Of a DNA stretch of 64,000 bases, positions 47,697-60,663 are shown in pieces. The stretch is from Massalongia carnosa. Taxonomy: Eukaryota. The notes below the pieces were generated by a model. The model made no database searches and was not told the DNA's origin. It saw nothing but the letters and a program-made list of their open reading frames with translations. A program made the position numbers and the translations under genes. How positions within the stretch are numbered: the first letter of the stretch is position 1; the number at the start of each line of letters is the position of its first letter. Location of the stretch: positions 1,488,001 through 1,552,000 of the forward strand of contig OZ287080.1 of the NCBI GenBank assembly GCA_965645245.1, read 5' to 3'.

Positions 47697-50600
47697 CGCC
47701 TATATCAGCAGATGGACATACTTCCATATATGTATTACATATATTCTCGCAGGAGCGTTGCGTTTCGAGTGATAAATTATTTCAATCTTTTTAGCTTGAC
47801 AACGAAATTGCGCTATATATTATGTAGTTACGTAGTCATAGCATTCTTCGTCTCGGATCTCGTCTTGTTAATGTCTTCTACTCTAATCAACTTCTCTAGT
47901 TATCCTCTTCACATCCTGTTTCAAGGCTTCTGCGCAGTCCTGGCAACATAAACCACTTACCCCCTCCTAGCCCTTCTCGACTCCTTCTTACCTCTCTATC
48001 TTTCTACCCTCCTACTCTCTTCCGCAGCATCGCCATGGGGGAAGGAAAACGGTAATGAGAAACTGAAAATATCTTTAAAAAAACAAATAGTGATAGAAAG
48101 CGATGGATACCTAGTTATGTGTTTTCGAAAAACGAAAAGTTCTCAGCGACCTTCCCTTTTCCAGCTCCATTTTCTTTATTTTAAAAAGAAAAGGATGATA
48201 TACAGATCAAATAGTATGATGTGATTGTAAAGTGCAGAGGTTGCGTTGGGACTTGGGAATCGAGAAAGAAACAAATGAACGTCTTTTCCATCTATCTGTC
48301 TATCTACCTATTTATCTAGCCATACCTTCAGGAATGCACCATACGCCATGCACCACGATGAGAGTCAAACACCAAAGCATTGACTATCCAGGCTCACACA
48401 TCAGTCCGTTATGTCATTCTATCGGACCCCCCCAACAGAAATTCTAGCAGATATTAAAACTTCCAAGGGAAAATGTCGATGCCCTGCCGATTGTGAGTTC
48501 TCGAGTCCTTCAAAGCATTTTCCCTAAGCGCTCATGCTTCCACGAGTCCAACATAATGAGCTCATTTCGCTTGATGATGCCTAATGCAAAGGTGCTGATG
48601 CGGGTGGTAGAACAGAAGGAGATCGCTCAGGGCGCCAGCCGGGGTATGTCCTTTTCAGGGTCTTGCATAGGTGTTTCTAGGGAGAGATTGACATGACCGC
48701 AGTTAAAGTACGGTAAAACTTTTCAGCTATCAGTTTAAGTAGTCTGCGCGATAGACTCAGAAGTCGTCTGTATATTAACGTGGTAAGCTGCAGGTCTCAA
48801 CAACAAATCATGGAATGGTCGAGGAATATGAAACAATTTCTGGGGGCACGCCCCTGTTCACGAAGCTGCAACAAGTACTGAAGTATCATGTTTTATCCCA
48901 AAATGGTTTCTGATACATGATCTCCAGCTTTGGACAGGGGTTGTGACGCTTTGTCTAGCTTTAGGTATAGGCTTTTAAGATCCTTCATTGGGGTCGAGAG
49001 GAATCTTTATGCATGAGAAGTATTTATCAATGCTGCCACTGTACGTTACAACTTCCAGGTTAGTAAGATTCTTCTGCCGCGTCCATTAGGAACTAAGGAT
49101 TACTGTTGGCGCAAGTCGATGTATTTTTTCATATCCTGAAATAGGAGAGCCATCTTCGAGCCATGGGTGGATGGATTTATGTGAGATTGTTGAGTATGTG
49201 ACAAGGAAGACTTCCAACCAAAAATTTTGCATCTAGATAAGGATTGTAGCTCCCACGGCCCGCTTCTGATTTTTCATGTATAGTCTAAGCCATGTATCTT
49301 GAGGACCATGCCTGTTGTGACCGGCTGCGGTAAAGATAATCTTCTTAATATACCCAAGTTTTCTCATATTAACCATAGCATAACTTGGATATTTAAGGTA
49401 TATCCAACCTCCAGCTCAGTCTTCTCATGAAAAATGGTAAGCGTAAGGATTAGGGGGCTAGATTATTAGCGTGTATATGATGAGAGATATACTGGGTCAC
49501 GAACACATCCAACATATCCAACAATACAGCGCGCAAATTCATGAGCGAGGGCTTCGAGCTTTGGCATTGAAGAAGGGATGATCGCATTTATCTTTGACCT
49601 CTTATTAAAGTGAAGAATCTGGACGGTTCCAAAAACTATTATGGAGGATGATGAGTTAGCTGTAAATAACAATTGATCACGAAGATAGTCCTTAGAGCAA
49701 ATTTCCGAGCTCTCGCCCCCTGCTAACGGTATTCATGGTTTGTAGGAAGAGAACTACATAGAAGGATTGAAGAAGGGAAACGTTTTTATGGGTGGGTGCA
49801 TGGGGCAAAAGTCCACTTTCAAGGAAGTAATCAAATTAGATACGACTCAGTCATTTCTGCCAGGAAATGCAAAAGAAAAGAAAAAGAAACACTGCCCCAG
49901 CGGCACAGGAGATGAGCTGTGGGAAACAAAACATCTTACAATATTCAAGCGCTCCAAGACGCCTGTTCTGTGCTTCATAGAATCATATCCAAGCGTCGTT
50001 GAAGGAAAGGGAAAGGGAGAGGACAGAGAAAAGGTTCGGCAACGGTGCACGGTCCAGGAGCTAATCGAGCAAGAAGATGAACCCCTGCCCCGTTGCCCCT
50101 GATCCCTTCGTTGGCGCATCTCGGTTTCAGACGAGAAACAGCATAAGCTTTAAACTAAAGCACCTACAGAGCGTACACCAACCCGCAAGGAGAGAGAAAC
50201 TTAATGTACTGTACTTGCTTCCCTTTTACTCCAGAACGTAGGGTTAAGGTGCTTTGACTGCGGGGTTCGCTAGGTACCGTTCCTTGACAACTGGGCTTGT
50301 GGGAAGTAGAAAGTGGAAAGCGGGAAGGATTTGTGCTCGTCTGAACGTGAGGGTCTGAAAAGGCGGTGGTGGTACCATTCTTTGTAGTACCTCCAGCAGG
50401 GATAGTCCTACGAAGCATTGAAATCCCTCGACCTTGGCTAATAGTACGAGCCGGTAGCTAAATACTTCAACCGCCTTGATATAGTCGTCTGGATTGCCTT
50501 GTTCGCATCAAAACCACCCCCAAAGCAGAACTGGTTGCCATGCAAATTCCAAAGCCAAATGATAGCTAACGAAATTAGCTGCGCTGGCGCCTCAAATACT

Positions 50601-50793
50601 GCACTGGGTTCTCCGGAGCGATGTCTGGCGTATACTGAAACGAGAAGGTTAGCCTGCTATTAGAGCCGACGGCTACGTTCACCTATGTGGCAAAGAAGAA
50701 AATGGAGCGCATCAGCAAGAGGCTCTTAACCTATCTAGGTGGAGTAAAGCTTACATGATAGCCTTTTGCGGAATCGTAATCATGACGGATGGC

Positions 50794-51369
50794 CTAGGAC
50801 TCGCCCGGCGCAAAAGTCTGTACCTCAATATTTAGAGCTATGGCCAACGCACCACCAAGGCCCTGCAACCAGCGACCTCGCTGCTGAGGCCCATCGGCGA
50901 ACCCGCCGGCTCTATGCTGCTTTGTAGCATTCAACGTGGTCGCTTGAGCTACACTAGCAGCCTTAATCATCGCAAGCGCAGCTTTCATGGGATCGGTCAC
51001 TAGCTGTGTAATCTCGCGACTGTGCAAGTCTCCCACGAAGGAAGCTGCCGTTGTAGAATTGAACGAGTGAAAGGTAGGAGTTTCGTAAATATCTTCTCTT
51101 GGCCATCGTTTGCGCATGGATTGAGGCCCACATTTGGCTTCGGAGAACCAACCAGCTCCAACGCATTCACATGGCTCAATTTCCGCAACTAAAAAACTGC
51201 AATCATCGTTGAACGAACATTTGGTGTTGCTAGGGCATATTGCGACATAAACAGGACAAATCTCCGTGGTGTCAACTAGGTCGGTGGTAGGAGCGCTGAA
51301 GCGGGAGTCATCACCTGCAATTTCGCAAAAAGCAATTCCGCTGCTGCAATCGCAAGATATCGTAATCAA
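50794..51369 (-). pseudogene. Cys-rich ORF fragment, possibly the 3' part of a decayed secreted-protein gene extending to ~53.6 kb
   Basis: Ten Cys within ~70 aa (CDC..FC..IC..IC..KC..DC..CEC..KC). No ATG start; upstream frames are fragmented. Confidence 0.3.
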
Positions 51370-53915
51370 GTTCTATGATTGAATTGCATGCTTCGATAGA
51401 ATTGACAGCTCTGTCAAGGCTAGGAGTAACTCCCTGAGCACCAAAGCCTGAACGATGCTTGGAAGTAGAAAATTAATAAGTAGTTTGGCATAATTACTTG
51501 ACAATTAAGCGGTTTGTGTATGAAGGAAGAAAGGAAAAGAACGACAAGTGGAGTTTTTCAAAGAAAATATGCCCCAAGCTCTTGTATAATGTGATACTCC
51601 GTAAACATTGACACAGCCATAACATTTGTTTGCAACGGCTACATGTCCCTGACCAACATTACCACAAACCTGGTAGATAGAAGGAGAGAAGCCTTTCTGA
51701 TTGAAGGGATTAAAGTTGTGATCAGACCTTGTAGAGTGGCGGAGGTTTTTCGTGTTGGGGGTCAAACTTTTCGCACCCCTAGGTTGGTTCGCTAGGGCCT
51801 GGAATTCTGGGAGTAAGTTGAAAGGGAGTCTGATAGGTATTCCGTACAAGATGATAAATGCGGTTAGCGGCGCCGATCATTTTCGCTTGTAGACCGTTGT
51901 GTCTCTAAAATTAAGTTAAATACCTAGCCAGAATTATTCTTCGGAGCCTACATTCACATACTCTGTCCAACCCTCGGAGATCTTGACCGCTATATTATAC
52001 TCACCACCATGCATACATAGATACGTTACAATGTTATCTTCCTATTCGTCCGGAATCTGTAATGGAAGGATTTTAGTGATAAGTCCGGAAAATCGGCTTC
52101 ATCCAGTAAGAGGGCGTAACGCTCAATGTAATACATTGCCACAAACCGGACTTGATCGCGAAAGGCATATAACTGGATACCCCATGAGAGTTGCTAGCAA
52201 CAAGCGAAAATGGAAGAGAGCCTTTTCTTCCGGGCTTGTCCCGCTGATTGCCACGAATCACCTCTGACTCTAGATCTCCACTAATCTGGGTTTCTAACTC
52301 CGCGAACAATGCAGCTGTTAGCACCAAAATCTGCGCAAAGTCTGCTCAAGAGGCTTATTGAGGCGTCGTGTCCTTTGAGCCAAATATCCTTGAAGATATC
52401 ATGATTCTCAACGGCCAGCATCTTTCGTTGTCCAGCAGCCGCAGTGCCGATATCGGGGGGAAATACCTTGCGTGACAGTCGGTAACCCAGAGAGATAAAA
52501 TAATTTAACTTGCTGCAGTTTTTCTTACGCCGGTAAATGAGCCGACGGTAGCATGATCCACAGCCCGGGAGAGACGCACAGATGTAGTTCTCAATCTTTG
52601 CTGCTCGACGGGTGAGACTCGAGAATGAGAATCTTATCGTCTAAAGCTGCCGTATTCTTTCGCGTCTTGGTGGCTGATGCTCGATCTGTTGACAAGTCCA
52701 TGTCCATCCCCCCCGCACGGATATGTTCCATAGCAAGATGCCTTCTTTGTCCCTGCATCGAACGCTTGCAGTATCAAATCTTGGCATAATGCAGGTTGTC
52801 GATCATTGCAGGGCTTGCAGGGATTTACCCACGTAGCTTGTGCAACTCAACATCTGGAGATGGTCGTTGGCCGATTAGAGCGCGCCTCAGATGACCCTGC
52901 TGACGTAGCTAAGTTATATGCAGCCTGGTGTAAGGCAGACAGGCATCAGCTGGCGAATCAGCAACATCGTATAATACCCAGTTTTTGAATAGTTCCCAAT
53001 AGTCATCCGCATTCTGGAGAAAATGTTTCGAAAAAGTTGTGGAGAATGATGCGCGTCTGCATCATGAAGCGCTGTCCATTCCATCCACTTTCATTCCATT
53101 GAATCCGTTATTCTCCGAGCAAATGTAGTTAAGTTCCAATCCATGTTTTTGTTGACATTGATATTAACGTATTGTCGGGGATGATATGCATTGCGACCTA
53201 TACCTAGCATGGTAGTGTTTTGTACTCCTGTTCTACGGTGGCGATAACCAGAGTACGAAGTAGTCAAAAACACAGAAGCTTCCCCACAACTCGGCATCCT
53301 TATGAAGCTAAAACTTCAGTGCGCTGCAAGGTTCTTTGATCTGTAAAAGAATTGGGATTTTTTAGATAGAAGACTCTACTTACCTCCACACGCTATGAGC
53401 TGTCTGTCAGTCCGTAACGGAATTTCAAGGCCAATGATTGATAGAACCAGGGATGCAGCAACCCGAGCACTTTGTAATTTCGACTTTGGATCCGGGGGAT
53501 CGGTCCAAATCATTGACATTCCACTAGATCGAGCGCCACACTTGCTTTCAAAAGTTTTGATATGAGCCCTAGGTTGGCTAAACTTCGTTATATCATTCAT
53601 CTTCCCGTCTCGATAAGCGAACGTTGAAAGACCGTTGTTCTTCCAAAGCTCCAAAAGTTGTGGTTAAGAAGAGGGAAACTGCTCGTATGTAACCCGTCGA
53701 GACTTCATCAACTAGCTCGGTCGAACAGTCGAACCCCTTAACCCCCTTCCAACAAAACTGGGCTCTAGAAATTGAGTTAGTATCGCCTCAATTTATTGCT
53801 GGAACCGACACTTGTACTTGACATGTTTCTTGACATTTAAGTTTCGATCTTTTTGACTGAAAACTCCTGCATTCCAGGCAAATAGATCACCGTCTGCTGA
53901 ACTCCAGCACATAAC

Positions 53916-55564
53916 ATGTTTACTCCATTTCCCCTCCTCGGTCAGGAAGCCATCTCGGCTTCAACAAATATATCTGGTAAGATCTCTGCAACTTTTTCGA
54001 GGCCCTAGCTAACCAGGCAGGGTATCTAGACCTAGAACCGCTGGCAGATCGCCCAGAGGATTCAATAATGGCAGCCTATTATTTTAGCGAGATTTTTGAC
54101 CATCACGAATATGGATCTAGCTTCTCAGAAGATTGCGTAACTCCCGCGACGTCGGCATCGGTATCGTCATTCTCATCTCGGCGGTCTTCTGAGCAGTTAT
54201 TCGATTCCTCGTGCTCGAACGTTGCGTCTTCCAGTGAGTGTCAAACGCCATGCTCTCCGACACCGAGTTCGCGAGGTTATGGCCTGTCATGTTATCCACT
54301 GGAATCCCATCTCTATCGTACAGAAGTAGATCCGAAAAGGTCGATAACACCGTCGAGTCCACGCTATCATTCCTTCGAAGGAGTTTCCGGCCCTCAGTTA
54401 ACTTACCTACCCACAACACTAACATGTCCTTTTGGTGAATTCAAGGACGGCAACAACATGGAGACGAACCTACACTCAGCAGCCACGGAGTTCTCAAAGA
54501 GTGTTGTTAAGTGGGATCAGATGACTTTTGACGGTAATTTGACAACGAGCAAACCAGTAGGCCAAAATTATCTTTTTAACCATGCAGAAGGCTTTGCTCA
54601 ACATTTTCCATGGGGAATAGAGGAACATGATCAAATCGACTTTTCAAACATGGCCAGTTTCAGTCAAGGGATGATGGATCCATCACCTTCGACTATCTTG
54701 CCATCCCAGACACTCAGGTATCCATCGCGACAGCCGCCGGCCGTTTTAGCAACGCCGTTCTTGTCTCCGGTGAAAATGACAACCGAAATCTCCATTTACG
54801 ACCCCCTAAAGCTGGAATCTGCTGGCGAAGCAGCTAGTTTTAACTTTCTCCTCGATCAACCAATCTCCGGATGCTCGTATGCACCCTCTGATTTCTCCGC
54901 AGTTGCGAGAGATGGGTCTATACCAAGCAGTTCACCCCGCGAAAGGAAAGGGCAGATGGGCAACCGAGTGCAATCAATGGAAGGTATCAAGCGCCGCTAG
55001 CCGGAAACAAGTCCGGGCTCTAAATACCCAGGTCGAAAACGACATAACAAGATCCCAAAGATTCCGCTTGAGTTGGTAACTAAAGACCTTACCCAATCGC
55101 CATCCCGAAAAACACGTCGAAATCAGACTTGCTACGACGATACAAGTCTTCCAAGAAATAGAGTGCCAAAAATCCGGCTAGAGGTCGTCAAACCTCGCGC
55201 GGAAAAGCCGCACATATGCAATCTGTGTAAGATCGGATTTGACCGTCAGGAGCACTTGACGCGCCACAACCGATCTGATGCCCATCGCGACAAGCAGAAG
55301 GCACATGGCATCACTGTTCTCGAACCGGCTCCCCAACAATACCGCTGCCGGTTTTGCGACAAAGCGTTCGGGAGAAGTGACAACGTCAAGCCGCACGAGA
55401 AGACCCATCTGCACGCAGATGAGAAAGCGCGTCGCAACACCCAGGTGAGTATCGAAGAATCGATACGCCGTGGGATGTGGGACATCGACCCTCGGATCAA
55501 CCCCGACTTGAAAGAGGCGAAGAGGCGCGTGGTCCATAGGGCGCGGCCGAAGTCGAAAAGGTGA
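53916..55564 (+). CDS. C2H2 zinc-finger transcription factor with BrlA-like fingers; proposed introns 53977-54020 and 54984-55031
   Basis: HICNLCKIGFDRQEHLTRHNRSDAH and YRCRFCDKAFGRSDNVKPHEKTH; Ser/Pro-rich N-terminus. The ORFs 54068-55000 and 55073-55564 are in the same frame. Confidence 0.8.
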
Positions 55565-57179
55565 TGGAGGAGGAGAATGAGGAGGATGAGTGGGCGTGCA
55601 TGGATGAAATGACGTATACCCATGATCTGGGAGGAAGTGGGTTAGGTTAGATACCTAGTTAATGTGTCACGTAATGGTTTATGTAGATAGAGTTCGGTAG
55701 TAATCCTTGGAAGCCGTTCAATCTAAAGTTACCGAGATTCATCTAAGAGCACCTCTTCCTCTTTGGTAAGTTGAAGGTGGTTCTTTGTTAGTCGGGCATT
55801 CCTTTCACGAGGTGCGGTATCATAAGATCCATGGAAGTTACCCAAAATAGATGCGTTGTTTCGTTCCCAACCTACATGTAAGTGGGTTACATAATAAGCT
55901 CTCCAACCTTTTAATAAGTTAGCCATTTAACTAGGACTCGACTGACAGGCCCCGATGGGAATTTGGGAGTATATATTTATGAACGCAAAAGCTGAAAGCT
56001 GAGCGCGCTGATGTAGTCTCTCTTCTTTCCCCAGTGGTGATGATGATCACTAGCCAAAAATCCTTAACATCAGGGAGTCTTCCGATTGGCGTATACCTTC
56101 CTCCTCATCATCTTAGGAGATTTTCCGGGCCGGAGATCCCCCTATTTTCCCCTCTACCAATTCCCATCCTTAGGCTTCACGAATACTTACCTACCTATCC
56201 ACCAAAGCGTAAGACAATTCCAGATCGAACGGCTTTCCGCCCTACCTAGCTAGTTAGCCTAGTCAACCTACACGATCAAGCTTAGTCAGTTAAGCTTAAG
56301 TGATCAAATGAGCAAGTGAACTGCCGAGTGAGTGTAATAAATGAGACATGCAGACAGACAGACAGACAGGCAGGGAGGCTTGCTCGTTTGCTTGGGATCC
56401 CAGTCCCCGAGTCAATCCACACAGCACAGCACAGCATAACGTAACATAGAAAACGCTGAGACAGGGGAGATTGGCTGCTTGCGATCCCTTTGATCTAGCA
56501 AGTTAACAATAAGCTTAGCAGAGTAAAGCGGAGCATAGTCTAGCCTAGCAAAGATAGCTAACTAGAAGAAAAAAAGGGACAAAACAGAAGAACAAGCCCC
56601 TGTTCGTCCGAGTACGAATGGAGTCGGATATCATTGAGTTCGTCCATTCATTCATCCATCGTACTCTTCGTTCCTCTGGCTGGCTAGACAGTTCTGGACT
56701 CTAGACTTTAGACTCTGAAATTTCGAGGGAATGGAAAGGGACGGTCGTCGTTGATAACCTAGTGCCGCGACTCGCTTCGATTACTACGAGTAACTAAAAG
56801 CGGGAACTGGCTTAGATAGATAGCCCCGATCCAATCCGTTCCGATTCCGATCCGCTCCGATGCGCCGAAATGTTAAAACTGTAAACTAGAGTGAGAGCCT
56901 CAAAGATTGTGGGAGTGGGTTGGTGGAGGAAGCAGCGGCGTCTTCATCAGCGGAGTTACGAGTGAGCAGAGGCGGGAATTTTAGTTTGGTGGTTTCGGGA
57001 TTTAATGACTCGTGTACATATCTAACTACCTTCGGCCAAAGGTTTTGGGGACGGGTTGGTTCCTAGAATTGAGCACTCATCCTCATGGAGCTATTAACTG
57101 CACTTCGCTATCGCACCACCGGACATGCACATTTCTCTCTTCATATCCCTCCCTCATCTAGTGCCCTTTTCCCCCAACG

Positions 57180-58377
57180 TCATCTCCTCTTCGTACTCAA
57201 TCGCTCATCCTCCCTCTTCGCCCCCACCCTTCCCAGAAAGTCCATTTTCCCCAAATACCCCTCTTTGGCCTTCTCCGCCCCGTCCAGCTCGTCCTTGATC
57301 CCTGCCTGATCTACATATCCGGCCCAGTCCATTTTCGACTTTTCGATTGTGTTCAGCTTCGGTCCCTTGTCCTTGCCCGGGGTCCTCACTCCGACTTGCG
57401 GCTGGGGGTCGAACATTGAGGCTCGTTTCTTGGGGCGGCGGAGAGGGGGTTTCTTGGTGGTTGAGGAAGGTGTAGTGGTGGTGGTGGTGTCGGTGGAGGC
57501 TACGGGTTGGGATTGCAGGTGTAGACGGGCTTCGGCGGAGGATTTGGACACAAGTTTTTCTTCGGTGATGGTTTCGCCAGCGAAGACGTAGGTGCGTTTC
57601 ACGGAGATTACGTCTTCAGCTTGCGGTGTTTGGATGCCCTTTTCTGGCTGCTTTGTCGGACGAGTCGCTGTGTCATCGTCTTGTACGGCAGGAAGGGGGG
57701 GCCGTAGCGTTCCGGTGGCAGGGACTTGTTTCTCTGAAGTTTTAGTATCTGGTCGTGCTGAACCAGTAACTGGCGCTGGCGCTGGCGCGCTGTTCATCTG
57801 CGCCCATAGCTCGTCCACGTTGACTGTGGCAGCGGATGGGTCTGGCAGCAATATTTTCTGCAACTCCCTATTGTGCGCAAGAGACACCTTCGTTAGCAGC
57901 TTCCTTCTTGTTTTCCTGTCGATTGATGTAACGATCTGATAAACATTAGACCAATATTGCGATTCGAAAACCTAACCATCATCCCCATGATATCCAAAAG
58001 TTTTTTATTCCTTTCTCTCTTAACCAACCTCACCCGTCACCCCCGGCCTCAAATCGCAGCGGAATATAGTCGAAGAAATACAATACTCACTCTCCTCCCC
58101 CTCTCCTCCTCCTAACCCTAGCCCCTACACCCTCTCCATCGTCATCATCAAGTTCGTTTCTTCCCTCGTTCTCTCCCTTCTTCGCTTTCTTTCTCCTCTT
58201 CACAGCCGCAGACTTCACGACAACCTCATCCCCGGAACTTAGTTCTCCACCCGTCTTACGCCTTTTTCGCCCGGTAGCGTGGGTTTCGGAATCGGAGGAT
58301 GAGAGCGAGGCTGCGAAATCGGAATCTGAGGATGAGTCGGAAGAACTGGGGGTGAGGGATGGGAGGAGTGGGGGCAT
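57180..58377 (-). CDS. SWC5: SWR1 complex subunit Swc5 (BCNT domain); probable intron 57868-58090
   Basis: Acidic N-terminus SDSDF/ELSSGDE; ISVKRTYVFAGETITEEKLV; KLNTIEKSKMDWAGYVDQAGIKDEL...GYLGKMDFL. Confidence 0.92.
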
Positions 58378-58955
58378 TTTTGCGGAGAGGATGAGCTTTT
58401 CGGACGGAGATAGCAGATGAGAGCTTCCGTAGGCGTATTGTGAGTTTTCGTTAAGGTTTTACCGGTAACAGTGGTGTTGGGGACGGTGTGAAGGGCGATA
58501 AACAGACAAAGCCAAACTTTGTTCTATGCGGAGGCTAAGAAAGCGCGTGATGGGGGAATAAGAGAGACCTGTTGAGTTAGGAGTTATGAATACAAAATCG
58601 AGAAATCTGGATACTGTAACGAAAATATTAGGAAAGATAAGGTTGTTGACTTCATGGTCAAAGCATTATCCGTGCCAGCTACGCGGCACGGATACTTAAG
58701 TTTTCGCCCGGAATAGGTTATTGTATTTAATAAAATTATTAAATTTAAATAATAAATACACATTAAAACCCCAATATAAGCCTTAAAAATAGCAGGAAAG
58801 TGATTGGTTTGTCTGTTCAAAATTTCCCTCATCATACAAGATATCAATGACTCGTAAACTCATTCAGCTAGCTACCGGCCGGCCAGGCGGTTGCAATTAT
58901 ACCCAATACCTATGCAGTTCATTCAAACCCATCAAAATTGCAGCCATTCAACTCG

Positions 58956-59778
58956 CTACACAGCCACGCCCATCAACTTTATATCCCCATGCACCGCCAT
59001 CTTCTTCAGCTTGATTTCCATCCACCAACCCCACCCTGTAATCGCCACCGCAAGAGCCTGGAGAATGACTATCAGAATCACCAAGTCGAGGGAAACGATC
59101 GTCTCGGTACAGATCTTCTCAAACTGCGGAGGCGAGATGCTTTGGAAACTCTGCCACTTACAGGTCCAGGACATGAGCGTGCCGGAGCCAGTGTTGTTGG
59201 AGAGATGAGAGTTGATAGTGCTGGCGAAGATGGCAGTGAAGATAGTGATGAAAAGGCCTAAGGGAAAGAGGATCCCAGAGGTGACATTAAGGCGGTGGGT
59301 TTTGGGTTGTGGCTGCACAAAGAGATTGATTAGCGAAAGGATGGGTTTGGGAGAACAAATAGCATACCGAAGGGAAGAACGCAGCGGCAAGATAAGCAAG
59401 ACTCGAAACGAGGATTATGATTCCACATGCCAAGGTGGAGTGTGTAGGACGTAGATCTACATTCGAAGGCCACAACGGCAGCAGCCACTCGCTTCCAAGA
59501 TTGCTACTTGAATAGGCCCGGAGCGAGTTTGCAGCACAGGCAATGATGGCAATTGAGAAAGCAAATGTAATAGCCGCTGTAGTCGTCCGCATCGATGATA
59601 CTAGCTTCAAGGATTTTTGGTACTTGGCTGCGAGAATATCGTCTGTGGTGCACGCTGGGGGCTGAGGGCTAGATGACCGCCGTGATGAAGAGAACGAGGG
59701 GAAGTGACGCGCAGCGAGAGATGGCTTGCTGGATACATGTTCCTTGGTAGGTGGAGGATCAAAGGTCATGTTCGCCAT
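58956..59778 (-). CDS. Four-TM (MARVEL-like) fungal membrane protein; intron 59313-59367
   Basis: Four hydrophobic helices; WLLPLWPSNVDLRPT, TLMSWTCKW, FEKICTE. Confidence 0.75.
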
Positions 59779-60445
59779 TGCAAGCGTTTGGTTTAGAACT
59801 AAGAAGTCGAAGAGAAAAATGGCTGAAAGTGAATTATACAGAAGAAACAAAAAGAATGTCTTGTTTATCTCAGGAACGTTCAAGGTATCATATATAAACA
59901 AGTACAGAGTACTTCGTGCGGAGTAGTTCCCGTTTCCTCAGCATGATACTAATTTAATCCTGCCTTGCCCAGTGGCTTCATCTAACCAGTGTCGATTTTG
60001 TTTTCCATCTGCAGATCCATGCGCATTTTCATCTTCAACGGCTAGCCTTGCAAGACGCTCATTCGAGCCCAGTCGAAGAAGTGTGCCATCTCCTAGGCGG
60101 CGCCCAGTATGTAAGGTATCATTCGCCCAAGGAAGTCATCGAAGTACGCGCGCGCAATGGTGGCGGTGGATGAAACACTGCTGAGGTCCCGGAGTGCATG
60201 CATCCAGAGTTCAAGACTCAAGGCGAGACACGGTGGTGGAGGTGAATGATTGGCTCGTTCAAGGAATGACTTTCACCAAGCCGAAACTAAGAGCGCGTAG
60301 ACAGACCACAGATTCTCAACAACGGCTTCGTACCTTGGATGATGCAGGACGATGAGAAACGTAGGCTATTGGAAGTCTCCCGAAATTGTGCAGAAGCATT
60401 AGTAATGAGCGCTTATCCACTAAGAGATTAGCGCTGACTATTTTT

Positions 60446-60513
60446 ACTCATGCACAAACTCATGCACAAACTCATGCACAAACTCATGCACAAACTCATG
60501 CACAAACTCGTGC
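60446..60513. repeat. 12-bp tandem repeat (ACTCATGCACAA)5 plus a partial copy
   Basis: Directly visible, in a divergent intergenic region. Confidence 0.95.
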
Positions 60514-60663
60514 GCGACATCACTTCGTAATGCCAGCGCTTCTGGAGGGAATTCCTGCCATCAAGCTCGCTGTCGACTGGATGACCATTCTGTCCCACCC
60601 TCCATTCATCATCCCACAGTTTGAAACCTCCCGGTTCTCACTCAACACGCCCCACCGTCCATT

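Noticed and set aside
11683..52996. 14-bp inverted match GGAACTATTCAAAA (~11683) / TTTTGAATAGTTCC (~52983) as ends of a giant element
   Set aside because: Short, no target-site duplication, encloses core housekeeping genes, and no tyrosine-recombinase (Starship captain) gene is seen.
55900..57100. Short simple repeats (CAGA, CAGCA, CCGAT) as a functional element
   Set aside because: Ordinary low-copy microsatellites between convergent genes.
57868..58090. C/D snoRNA in the long SWC5 intron
   Set aside because: Only an imperfect C box (ATGATGG) and no CTGA D box on the coding strand.
60446..60513. CRISPR-like array
   Set aside because: No spacers, eukaryotic context and no cas genes.
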